64,000 nt of DNA from Paecilomyces variotii (Eukaryota): NCBI GenBank assembly GCA_004022145.1, contig RCNU01000016.1, one strand, 5' to 3'. The notes beneath the pieces are model-generated. The model had not been told where the DNA came from, did no database searches, and saw only the letters and a list, made by a program, of their open reading frames with translations. Of the stretch, positions 33,735-46,098 are shown in pieces; position 1 is the first letter of the stretch, and every line of letters begins with the position of its first letter. The position numbers were made by a program, and so were the translations under genes.

Positions 33735-36634
33735 GTATGTAGTTCTTCCCTATTGATATTAATAGAGAATTAATTCCCTATTCCTTCACTCGGTAATAAT
33801 TATCTCTCCAGAATCAGCTTCTCACAAAGTCGATGCGTGGTTCCTTACTGAGTGACATTCCCATATATTCCCCCGGTCCTATGACGTTGGACTGAGTTCC
33901 AAGTTCCACGGCATCGGAATTTGTTTTTAACTTCAACCTTGAGGTTCAGCCAGTAGGTACAGAGGACAACTGTCTATTCAAAGTCTATTTATTGTCGCTA
34001 TTCCGCCCATAGAAATCTTCCAGAATTTCACTATACGACGTGGAAGGTTTCTCGGGGATTGAAGTACAATGTATGCATGCGAAGAAGTTTGGATATGGGG
34101 AAATGATATAGAGAGATATCGTAGTTAATTCCAGGCTTCATATTCGATGATGGTTATCATAGCTAGGATTCTTCGAAATTAAGGAACCGTAAGAGTAGAA
34201 ATTTTTCAAAGAGAGAGAGAAGAAGAAAAAAAGGTAATAAAGCTAAGTAGGGTATTGACGCAATTGCATAGCTCTATAACTAGTTACTTACTGCAAACCA
34301 TTACTTTGCCGGGAATGTCAGACATATACCATATAATTCTATGAGAACAGCAAATAGCGCTAGCCATAAGATATATTATGAATCGTTGGATCGAATAATA
34401 ATTAGGTATAGTAGTCGTCATTGGTCTTCTCTTCATACTGAAGCGTCGCGTGTTAGTTAAATGCTACAACGGGCGCGCTATTTTTAAGTAGATAGTGGCT
34501 CCGTTCTCGCAAAGCCGATTGTCACTCAGATCCTACAGTCAACGAAGATGCGACTTCGGAATAAACCGATGAACCAACAAGAGTCAAATTTCTTGTCGAT
34601 AATAATGATTTCCGTGAGTATGGTAAACTCTCTAGCATCGTAGATCGTAGATCGTTGATCGCCTTCAGACCTTATCTGATAGTCGATATCGACGGTTGTC
34701 GGTGCGTACGGCCGGGACGCGCGTTCGCTTGGATTTACCAACTCCGACTTCAACAGCTGTCGAAATAGGAATATTTTTTCGACGAGATTGCGTGGAAACG
34801 GCTTTGTTAAAGCTAGGTCTTTGAATCCAGACCGTCGAGGGGTGGATAGAAGGTCGATACGTGTAGTATATAAGAATGGCCTCTGTCCCCCGAGAGATCT
34901 AGACATGATGGAGAGAGGATACCAAGCTTCTCCATTGTCAATAATAATATGATGATTATGCCAATAATCATGCTTACTCTGCATCGTGGCATGATGCTTA
35001 CTCCTACTCTGTACATCCAGCAGGATGAAAGGATTTATTACCTTTACACAGCGCCGGGACTCTTTGTTCTCTGACTAGCTGACTTCATACTGAGGTTACC
35101 AGTCATGTCATACTCATCTCGTTCAAGCTGACCGCATGCCGATCAACAGTTGTCACTCTGCTTTGTGAGAAATGGCATACCAACTGCCTCCTTTTTTTTT
35201 TTTTCTTCATCTGTGTCGGAAGCCAGCGGGTGAGGCCAAGCTTATTGGGATCGCCAGCATACCAGACGGGCCGTTCCCCCGTCGAGAGTCCTAAAACCAG
35301 CAATGGGCGCGCAGCAGCAATTACCGCAAGGGTCGAAGAATGCGCATCGAAACATCTCGCAAGGACCCTGAGAGATTGCACCAAGATTACTGGTGCACGG
35401 TCCGGTCTGTCCCTGAGAGATGGCTCAGGTCCCGCGCGGGACGAAGCATTTTTGTTTTTGTCGCAGAGTTCGTGCAATTTGCACTGTGGCCACCGGAGAG
35501 CCGTCTCAGAAGTCCAGCGGTTCCATCCCAAAACCTTGGTTGAGGCAGAAAAGGTCATTTTACCGGTCGCCACCGATCTGCTGTTTTCGTTCCGGAGATC
35601 GCCCAAGCAGTCCACCGGGGATTCGTAAGTCGATAAGCGCTGTATGGGATACGAACTTCCAAAAGGACCCAGTCCTGCAGGGAATTCCTCATGGTTGGAT
35701 GGCTGTTTACCCGTTGATCGCCATGAAGCTTTTTCCTTGGTCGAATAACACCGTGGGACGAAGCTTCGGTTAGGGCGATCGTGGCGCAGACGGTATCACA
35801 GCAGCTTACGTGGTGTATCTAGTCTCACCCTGGGTGTATGACCCTGTAACGATGCCATTACCACGGGACGAGAGAGGTAAAGAACAGCAAGAAAAGAGAC
35901 GAGAAGAGAAGAGAAGACACAAAGGGACAACTAGACTAACTATGCTGGATTCCTCAGTATGTGATAATCATGCTGGGTCCATGAAGATCAATAATGGAGA
36001 CTTGACGTTGGTATTATTATTGTTTGTTGTTCGTCCATCTCTCTATCTATCGTGTTAGTTATTCATGTTCCCTGACAACAACCAGGTTAGACTGACCGAG
36101 CTTACAGATAACTAGTGCAACTCAACTCATCAGCATGCCTCATGACGTGCTGGATCTGATGTGACCGTGTGGTTATACTACTGTTACATGAACAGTTGAA
36201 CTGTTGAACTGTAACAGTTGAACAGGTAACTACCTAACTAAGGGGAATCGGACAAATAATTGCTCGGGCGGTCTGTCTTCTTTTCTCTTCTCTTCTGCCA
36301 ATAATCCCTTCTCCTGCAGTTATTCTGGGAAACGCGGCTCAGCTGGCAACTAAAACCAACAGTGGCTGAACATAGTCCACTCTTGTCTTGTCCCTTATCC
36401 CTAACTTCTCTATCTTGTCTCGTCAAATTGCCGTTTCTCTCCTGGGTTCCACTGCGACCGGTCTGAGCGTTCCTCGACTCCTGCCATCCGGCAACTTCCC
36501 CAATCAGGTTGGCCGGCTGCTCCATCGTGTCCAACGTATCCAGCAGAAATGTTCTTTGTTCCTGCGAGCGCTGCCGATACTTGCTGCGTCCGGCGTGGGT
36601 TCCAGAAAGTCAAGCTTTCCCCGTAGCTGCAGTC

Positions 36635-38960
36635 ATGGACGACGCGTACTGCGACCGCATACCTCGTCGTAGGTTCCGCTGGCATTTCCTTCCCTCAAAA
36701 ACGGGCGTCAGGGCATCCTTCGCGGACTTCGTCAGGATGCGATCTCGCAAAGGCGTACTCATGCTGTCCGCCGTGGGATTTTTCGTTTCCCTGCTCCTTG
36801 CCCTTTCCTATCTGACAGTCGGCGTACTGTCGAGTCCTCACGATGGGCACACATTCTTTGTAAGGCGCCCCCCTCTTTGTCGCCCGCCTTATCGTCCTTG
36901 TCCACAGCACACGGAACTGACCGCGATGGATTTAGGGGGGCAAGAAGGATCCGATGAGGCCGCCGCAGCAAAAATATCTAGAAGAAGCCGCATCATATTC
37001 AAGGTTCGTTTGGCGATCGACTAACGAAGGGGAAAAGAAAAGAAAAAAATTCCCCAGGGCGCGAATCACTCAACTGACAATACATCTCTTGAAGCAGCAC
37101 ATTTAAAAAACTAAAATCGACGTTGAAACGGATTCACGTACCAGAGCACTACCACAACCCTCACGTCTTCGATGATCCCCGCGCGGAGGACCCGACCCTT
37201 CTGCCCAAGATCTATCACCCCTATCCGGACTACGAGAGTTCCGAATGGAAGCAGACGCACCGCGGAAATTTCCAGCCATGCATGGGCCCGCGCGGTATGT
37301 ACCTGAATGAGAGTCTGGAGGACAGAGTCGGAGTCTATGTTGGAATCCCGGAGGGTACGTTTCTTCATCGTTCTTCACACGGAAAAAGAGTTAGGGATGC
37401 GGATGGGCTGATGATGCGATAGGCTTCCCTGCACCTGTATTTGGTACGCACCAGACTATCGGACTCGATGGAGAGTTGTCCTACGACCGTTACACGAGAT
37501 ACGGACCTTACGGATTTGGTGAAGACGAGGATGATGTGAAGAACTGGATCAAGCCGGCCCCCGTGGATTGGAATCGGACCGACTGGGGCTCTTTGCAGCG
37601 CCAGTGTGTCGAGCGCAATGCTGCTCGCTATGCCCAGTCGACCCAGGAGCAGAGATCGGCCAAGGTGACGATGCGACCGGAGCATCGGACGGCGATTCTG
37701 ATCCGGACGTATACCAACAAGGAATACTCCGAGGACGACAAACGCGTGCTTCGGGCCATGATCACGGAGCTATCCTTGCATTCAGGAGGCGAATACGAGG
37801 TCTTCCTGCTGGTACATGTAAAGGACGATACCATCCAGATCAACAAGAAGGAAGTTTACGACCAGGTCGTCCGCGAGACCATCCCCGAGGAGTTCTGGGG
37901 CATCGCGAAGCTCTGGAATATCGAGACCGTGCGGGCTCCGTACCCGTATCTCAATCCTGCCGTGGTGAATGTGCACCAGTCCCAGTGGTTACCCGTGTTG
38001 TGGTTCATGAACGAGAACCCACAGTTCGACTATTTCTGGAATTGGGAGATCGACACCCGTTACACCGGCCACCTCTACGAGTTCGCGGAGAAGGTTGCCG
38101 AGTTTGGGCGCAATCAGCCTCGACGGGGTATGTGGGAACGCAGTGAACGCTTCTATATCCCCGGCCTCCACGGCGACTACGATAATGAGTTCCGCAAGTA
38201 CGTTGACCAGAGAGTCTATCAAGCCATTTGGGGTCCGATGCCCGCGCACGATGTCGAAAATCCAACGGGACCTCAGCCGCCTGTCAAGGATTACAGACGG
38301 GACAACTACAACTGGGGTGTTGGCGAGGAGGCTGATTACATCTCGTTCCTGCCCATCTTCAATCCCCAGAACACCCACTGGGTGCTGAGAGACGACGTGA
38401 TCGGTTATGAAGGCATCACGACTCCACGACGCGCGACCATTGTGACGCATTCCCGCCTCTCTCGAAGACTATTGCAACAGATGCATCAGGAAAATCTGTA
38501 TGGTCGCCACATCGGCTCCGAGATGTTCCCGCAAACGATCGCTTTGCTGCATGGCTACAAGGCGCTTTATGCCCCCCACCCGATCTGGTCGGACAAGCCG
38601 TGGAAGCTTGAGCGTCTGGACCGATGGTTCAACTCTGGTATTAACGGAAAGTCGGGTAACACCATCGACAGTCCGTTCTCGTGGGGTCGTGAAGCACGTT
38701 TCGAGGACTTGTCCTGGTACTACCGGTGCAATATCCCTGGTCGATTATACTGGAACTTCCTAGGATGGGAAAAGGACAACACAGGCGGCCCAGACGTAAG
38801 GACACCCCGGCCCCTCTCAGGAAACTCTCATGGCCTTTTAACTGACCATCTCCAGTATGAACGCCGCTACGGACGACATGTCTTGCCTTCAATGCTTTTC
38901 CACCCGATTAAGGATGTACAGCCAAATGCCGACAGCATGAGCTACCGACTCCCGACTTAG
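36635..38960 (+). CDS. DUF3405 family type II membrane protein
   Basis: Exons 36635-36859, 36936-37003, ~37095-37354, 37423-38795, 38856-38960. One N-terminal TM helix. Motifs: DRYTRYGPYGFG, WGSLQRQC, RTAILIR, LRAMITELSLHSGGEYEVFLLVH, WNWEIDTRYTGH, WGVGEEADYI and HPIK. Confidence 0.88.
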
Positions 38961-40284
38961 CCAATCCGGCTTTTCTTTTCTTCTAGACTTCGACTATTAT
39001 CCCATTTTTTTTGTTTTTTTCTTTTCTTTTCCGCATTATACCTTCTTGTACATATTAGGGGAGCATGGGCTCGATTGGGGTACACCATACATACCATACC
39101 ATTATTGCATATATGCATCTATGTATTAGCATGTCAGATTAGATTTAGCTTCTTAATGAGTCTCAAGACTAATTCAATGGAAGAGTCATTGAAAACCGCA
39201 ACCATCGTTCATCTTTTATCAAATAGTTGAAAAGCAGCACTTTGCAAAGCACGCACTTCGCAAATACGCTTCCACGCATCCGGCAAGAAGCAAATCTACT
39301 CGCTACGTCATCACTCTTCGCATCGCCGGGTATATATCTCACATTCCTTAACGATACAAAGCCAAGACAAGTTTTCGCGCAATAAAAATAAGCAACAGGC
39401 TCAGAAAGTAGGGTATAGCATTTATCCACCTTAAAATTGGTCCTCCTAGAGAAAAGTGTAGTTAGACAGCGCTGGTTTATGGTACAATAATCTCAAACCC
39501 CGTCTTGACTCTACTCTAACCTATAAAATGTTGAACTATGATGTCCCAATCCATTACCTAGTATAGTAGTATAGTAAAAGGTGAGAAAACATCATGCGTC
39601 CCTGATCTCATTTACACGCAACCACCGCCTCTTCACTGCCCCTGCCAAGCATCTTGGCGTGGCGTCTAGAGTCAAGACAATAGACATCTGCCCATGTGCG
39701 TAAATGGCTCGATGGTGCGTGTGCGTGTCTTGACTCTGGTCTCTGCGTGGACCGTTGGTTAGGTATCTGGGTGATCTGCGAGTGAGGATGATCTGAGGTT
39801 CTGAGTTCCACATGGATGTGTTAAGACCCGGTTTTTGATGGATCAGGTAGGTATGGGTAGTAGGTAGGGTAAAGGGTGGTGACTACTATTATATGTAGTG
39901 GTGATGTTGTTTTGTTGTGTTGGGGTAGCTATGTTGCGTTTAGGAGGTCGGGTTTGTTGATAGAATATATATTTTCTATATGGAAATTTTCAAGCTTGAT
40001 GTTCTTTTTATCTAGTCTTTCATTATGGGAAGTAGATACATTGACAAGGTCTGCTCGTTAGGAGGCTGAATTGTTCGTCTTTAAATATACTATGCGTATT
40101 TTAAAGAATCTCCAGAGACAAAACAGGGAACCTCTGAAGAAGGTCGTAGCTCTTCGGTGCACCAGCAGCGTTACATCTTGCTGGTCAAGTGGCTAAACCC
40201 CCGGATCATATTGGAATCCATTGCAGAAGAGAGTTTGTATTTACTGATTGGAAATTAATGATGGGATAGGAGCATTAATTCCAT

Positions 40285-41536
40285 TCAAGCACCCTTTGTA
40301 TCCTCAGCAGAAAGTTTGATGACATATTTCGTCGTAGTCTACAGTCATATCAGTCACTATGAAATCCCTTGACGAATCCAGGACCATCAGAGTATGTTTG
40401 TAAATAGTCGACTCACCTTACTATCAGTAAGTAACCTTGTAGTCTCCGTGAGCTTCTCCAGAGTAGTTTCCTGCACCGCAGGCACAACCACTCCTCTCCG
40501 AACAAATTCCACCGCTTCCTGAATATCCCCCCTAGAACCTACGGAGGATCCAATCACACGGAAGCCATTATCGATAAAATTCAACGGATGAAACTGCACC
40601 AGCTGGTCTGGCGGCGGAATGCCCACACAAACCAATGTGCCAAAAGGCGCCAATATCCTAAAAGCATCTTGATATGCACGGCCCGATCCTGCAGTTACTA
40701 GAACAGCGCCCGCCCCGGCCCCTCCTGTTATCAACTTGGCGGCAGTGGCCACGTCCTCTTCTTCCGAAATGTCGATAAATGCTTCTGCCTTCAGTCCAAG
40801 ACAGTATTCCCTCTTCTCCTTCCCCATATCAATCGCGAGAACTCTGTATCCCATCGCGGCCGCATACTGGATTCCCAGAGCTCCAACCCCACCACCGGCC
40901 CCTGAGATCGCAACCCATTGACCGGGAACCGCGCCGCAGATCTTCAGTGCCTTGTACGCAGTGACGCCGGCACACATAATGGGGGCCAGCTGTTCATCAG
41001 ACACCCCTTCAGGCAGAGTGACTACCGACCGCGCGGGAACGAGCGTGTATTCAGCGAACGTCCCATTGACACTTTTCCCGGAGAAAGTCTGCGTCTCGCA
41101 CCGTGTCTCCCCGCCATCAGTCAGACACATAACGCACTTCCCACAACTATCGCGAATCCAAGAGACGCCGACGCGCTGACCGATTTTCAAAGATGGGTCA
41201 TTGAGATGCTGCAAGGCTGATCCAAGAGCAGCGATGCGCCCAATCCCTTCATGGCCGAGGATGGGCTTGGTTGGACCCAATTCCCCCGAGGCTAGGGCAA
41301 TGTCGGTGCCGCAGATGCCTGTTGTGGAGAGTTTGACGAGTAGGTCAGTTGGGCCTGGAGCTGGCAATGGGAGAGATTGTAGCTCGAAGACTGGGGAAAG
41401 GCCATGTTTCTGTAATCTGTCAGAATTGGGATATAGCATACAATATTATGCATAGTGTAGGTAGTTAACTAACCACGATAACGGCCGCTTTATGGGTGGA
41501 TGGGCATGAGCCATTCATGTTAATTCGGTCGTACAT
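40285..41536 (-). CDS. Zinc-dependent alcohol dehydrogenase (MDR, ADH1-like)
   Basis: Exons 41536 (or 41518)-41474, 41409-40417, 40338-40285. Motifs: GICGTD, LGHEGIG, structural Zn CxxCxxC..C, APIMCAGVTAYKAL and GAGGGVG. Confidence 0.93.
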
Positions 41537-42149
41537 TTTTTCTTATCCAGATCAAATTCTAGAGTTCATGAGATACTCTGTAGATGCATCAGTCTCATCA
41601 AGATCGAATAGATAGTACCCTATTTCAGCGTGGTATGCAGACGTTAGGCTCAGGGACGGTGTACTGTGCACACAAGTGACGGAACTCAATAGCATACACT
41701 TCAATGGCCCGCAGCTAAGACACTACCGCTGATATAAATACCTTAAGCGTATTCATAAAAACCAAATATATAAATATATCCGCTTCCATCAATGCCCATT
41801 TAATAATACAAGAAACAATGAGCTTGACTGAAGCGTGGCGGCGGGGAAGAAGTGGGACAGCTGCGTTTCGGATTGCGGGGCAAGTGGGATCAATGTCTAT
41901 GGACTCTCTTCATGGAGTGTACTTACTCTCTGGGATTGGTTATCGACTATATCCAACTACAATATTCTGATTCATATAAATTCTAGCTGTGCAAGCATAT
42001 AACTAACGTGCAAGCTCTCTATCTCTATACCTCAGCATACCGTATGGGAATTTATCTGTTCCAAAAGAAAGAACCGAACCTGCTCATCAGAAAAGGAAGC
42101 CATAACAGACGACCTTGAAGCCGCTCCTGCAACATTAGGTGTCAAGGAA

Positions 42150-43830
42150 GCCTCTTTACAATAGTCTTATCTTAGCGAGGCTGAGGTGCTCATAATGATA
42201 TTCTTCCGCTCTCTCAGATGATATGCCAACTAAGTAGTCCAGTCCGCTTGGCTGCTCTCTATGGCGTCTTCTCCTCGAGATAGATATTTCGTTGCTCAGG
42301 GTTACTTCGCGATGCTCATTCCCATACATAAGCTGCTCCAACATTGAGGAATATGAGACTTTGTATCACGTATTCTTCAAGTTAACCACTTCCAGTCTTT
42401 GTGATCACGATTCAGGAGCCGCGGAGCGGAAGTGGAGAGCAGACTCCGTGTATGTGATCTTCTAGAGCGTCGATGGTTTCAGGTTATTGACATTGATAGA
42501 AAGATTCTGTTCTGGGACTGCTCTTCAAATAGTATTGGTTAACACCGTATGTGACGTGTCTATCGATGGCTTATTATCTCAATCATTGATACCTAAGGAA
42601 TATAACTATGTCTGTCGGTAATCAATTATGGGCAGCTAACTAAGCTAGCTAGCGTGCCTCAAAAACAGAGAAAATGGCTTTTCGCTGAACTGCAAATCAA
42701 AGAGGAACTCAGAGGTCTCTACGATTCCTTAATGTGACATTGAAAAGACTGTTGTGTCGATATTGTTAAGCTCCAACCATTACTTGCTGTCCCACGTGGC
42801 CCAGCACCGCGAATACCAGCTTGTACTGGATATAGGGCGCTCGCTCAGTCCGCTTACCAATGCATCTTTCTCTCAACCATCGGGGAGAGTCCGATGGTCA
42901 TGGTTGCAGTCATGGATTCGTCGTGGCGACTAGAGGACGCATACTGGGCAAGTCTTGTCGCACATGGCCGAAGACCACTAGTCGTGCAACAGCAATGACT
43001 GAAGCTGACTTTGAGAAGTGCCTTTCTAGGGGGAATTTAGAATTCATTAGGATAGTGGAAACCCTTGGGATTGCTCCTGTTGACTTACTTCCCATGCACT
43101 TGGGTAGAGTGCCCCGTGTTCTTGTCATCAGTGACAATCGACAATGAGCAGAGACCTATATACGCGATACACCCCGATGGACTTGGTGATCCTATGTGAT
43201 CCTACCATAGTCTGGCAAATTCCACTAGATTATCCAGTCAATGAAATGCCTTCCATCCAGAGTATGCAGATTCTTCAGTGCTCAAGATCTGGAGTCGATA
43301 TGAGAAACAGTAGGATCTTCTCGGTTCTACGAAAGAGTCCTAAAGCGTATTGCGATTCAGGCATCCGGGACATTCCACTACGCTTGAAATAAACTGATAT
43401 CTCTTAGTTTCTGGAAATGGTTTCCCATACTGCCCTTAGCTGCAGCATGAATACGTCAGACAGACCTCCATTAGAGCACATATGACCTTTGGGCCAGCGG
43501 TACTTTTCGGCTCTTACCGACTTACAACAAGTATCCCTAGAGGGATATCCTTCACTCGATCTATCATATATGGGAGTTGTCGGCCGAGAAGTCTGCACTT
43601 TCGTGTATGTCATTGGGGAACAGGCGAATAATCAGTAAGATGGCATGATTTCCTGGTGCACGGACTGGAAAGTACGTAGGTACATGATGGTTATCAAACG
43701 CTCAAACCTCTCGGCATGTCCGGATACGGCTCGCAAGCGTCTTAATTCCTCCACAGCGAGTATTAGCCAGCCCATGGCGCCGATTTCCCCGGCTTTTGGC
43801 GCAGAAGAGGAGCAATAATGTCGCATCCGA
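42150..43830 (-). pseudogene. Possible heavily decayed C2H2/Zn2Cys6/fungal-specific-domain transcription factor relic
   Basis: Fragments on the - strand occur in the expected order across frames and stops: C(E)PYP..AERFERL (~43700), CCKSVRAEKYRWPKGHMCSNG with Zn2Cys6-like spacing (~43470-43530), *LPIID (~42625), YVIQSLIFL (~42350) and ERAEEYH...LSLAK (~42200). This is pattern recognition only. Confidence 0.3.
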
Positions 43831-43980
43831 GGCTTTACTCTATAACTACCGAACCATACCCCAGCTCCACTATCGAACGACCTGTGACCTGTGACATGTC
43901 TTTGGATGATAAAGTTCCGCCATGTTTATAATACAGAAGCTTTCTGGCTATTCCGTCCAGCTGCAATGCTTCCTAACTCT

Positions 43981-44339
43981 CTCCACGGTTAAGCACAGGC
44001 ACCCCGTGGGGAACTTCCCCCACGCGTGAAGCCAACGTGCACCGGACTTGGTCCGATGAAGTCTCATGGTCTCACATCTCTACTTAACGTGGAAGGTTGG
44101 CTAAAATCGTATGATGGCATCCCCAAAGCGTGGGGGTAAGCTCGGGGAGGAGTTGATAACCGCCACCGGTTGCAGCGTCGGTAAAGGCTCCATGCAAGAG
44201 TGTATGTCATGCCGGGCTGTCTATTGGAGAAATCGGTATTACTACTTGTTATGTTTAAGGATTTAGCCTGATCACTCGGCCTCTTCCTCTCCGGAGTGGC
44301 TTTCCCCACGTTCCCCAGACCCCGCAGTTGTTACCCCGG
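43981..44339 (+). promoter_or_regulatory. Cluster of CreA (SYGGRG) carbon-catabolite repression sites upstream of the MFS gene
   Basis: Matches at 43981, 44006, 44018 and 44130, plus six within 44289-44339 (CTCCGG, CCGGAG, CCCCAC, CCCCAG, CCCCGC, CCCCGG). A TATAAG follows directly at ~44350. Confidence 0.55.
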
Positions 44340-44443
44340 ACTCCAACTCTATAAGGTTATCAGGCCGTCCCGTTGTTGTCTGCAGAGATGAGAATTGCTA
44401 TCCGCCAAGCTCTTCTACACTCATCACGTACTGTACTCTCGAT

Positions 44444-46098
44444 ATGGCGAAGGAGATATACATCAAAGACCATGAGGCGATGGGGGAAAAGGCCGAGATG
44501 GCGCACGAGGAGGTCGTGCACTTGATGGCATTGACGGAGGAAGAGAAGATCATTGAAAAGAAGTTGCGTACGCGCATCGATACCCTGATTATGCCACTGG
44601 TGATTCTGGTTTATCTCATGAACTACATCGACCGGTACGTTTTTTGAATAATTCCCCGATATCAATCTGTACATGTCGCTCACTGTCGCCTAGGAATAAT
44701 TATGCAGCAGCCAAGCTACAAGGTCTAACAGAAGATCTCCATCTGACCGACGCGCAGTATCAGACCGGTCTCTCCGTCCTTTTCGTTGGTTACATCCTCA
44801 TGCAGGTCCCATCGAACATATTACTAAACTACGTCGGCCGACCCTCCATATACCTGGGATTTTTTGTATGCGCATGGGGCCTGGTTTCTGCATTGACTAG
44901 CCAAGTCAAGAGCTATGGAGCTATGGTAGCATGCCGCTTCATCCTAGGATTCGTTGGTAAGTTTGTGAAGGCTAGTCACGAATCGATCAACGAGAATTGT
45001 AGACTGACGGAATCTTCAGAGGCACCATTCTTTGCAGGCGTCTTGTTCTACTTGTCAAAATGGTACACAAAATCAGAGCTTGCACTTCGCATGAGTATCT
45101 TCTACGCCGGCTCTCTTCTTAGCGGTGCATTTGGAAATCTGATCGCAGCCGGCATCCTCAGTGGACTTGCAGGCCACAGAGGCATATCCGCTTGGCAGTG
45201 GCTGTATATCATCGAGGGAGCCATCACTTGCGCCATCGGACTGGTGATTTGCTTCATACTACCGGACTTCCCAAACACATGGCGCCTTCTCTCGCCGGAG
45301 ATGAAGCAAGTCGCCAACCGGCGTTTGGCGATTGAAGCAGCTGAAGCCGATGTGGACGAAGAGGGTGGAATGACCCAGCTGCGTGGTATCAAGTTGGCCT
45401 TGACGGACATCAAAACCTACCTCTTGGCTCTTGCGTACATGGGAATTACAGGCGCTGCTGGATTCCAAAACTATTTCCCAACACTAACGTCAACATTGGG
45501 ATATAGCAAGATTATCTCTCTGCTGCTGGTTGCACCTCCATATGTGTTCATGGTGTTCTACAGCATGCTTCACTCACACCTATCCGACAGATATTCCCAC
45601 AGATTCTGGTTCTTCATCTACCCCATCCCCGTCACTATCGTCGGATTTGTCGTTTTCATGGCGACCTCCGGCTTCGGACCGCGATATTTCTCCTTCTTCC
45701 TCATGATCTTCGTCTTTGCGCAGAACGGCACTCTATACTCCTGGATTGCTAATGCTATCCCACGACCCCCTGCCAAGCGTGCGGCAGCGTACGCATTCAT
45801 CAACTCAATTGGCAATTCTGCCAGTATCTGGACACCGTACACATATCGCGAATCCGAGGACCCATACTATTACACGGCGATGGGAGTTTGTATCGCATTG
45901 CAAGTGCTTGCTCTAGTGTGTGCGATTATCCTACGCATCAACCTGCAGAGACAGAACAAGCGGCTTGAGCGCCTGGAGGATGAGGATATTACTCTTACGG
46001 AGAAGGAACTTCAGCGCCTACGCAAGACGGCGGAGATCGAAGGCATCGACGTTGCGGCAGCCAGGCGCCTGCAGAAAGGCTTCCGTTACACATTGTAG
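44444..46098 (+). CDS. MFS transporter, anion:cation symporter (allantoate/nicotinate permease-like) family
   Basis: Exons 44444-44634, 44694-44956, 45020-46098. Motifs: KKLRTRID..IMP..NYIDR|NN..AAKL, QVPSN, RFILGFV|EAPFFAG..YLSKWY...ELALR, WQWLYIIEG and LPDFP. Confidence 0.93.

Noticed and set aside
34526-35773. ORFs of 117-170 aa between clpX and DUF3405
   Set aside because: They overlap on both strands and show no family signature. A decayed gene cannot be excluded but is unsupported.
38796-38855. Apparent insertion VRTPRPLSGNSHGLLTDHLQ in DUF3405 (similarly 44957-45019 in the MFS gene)
   Set aside because: These are ordinary stop-free introns of length 3n with GTAAG donor, CTGAC branch and CAG acceptor.
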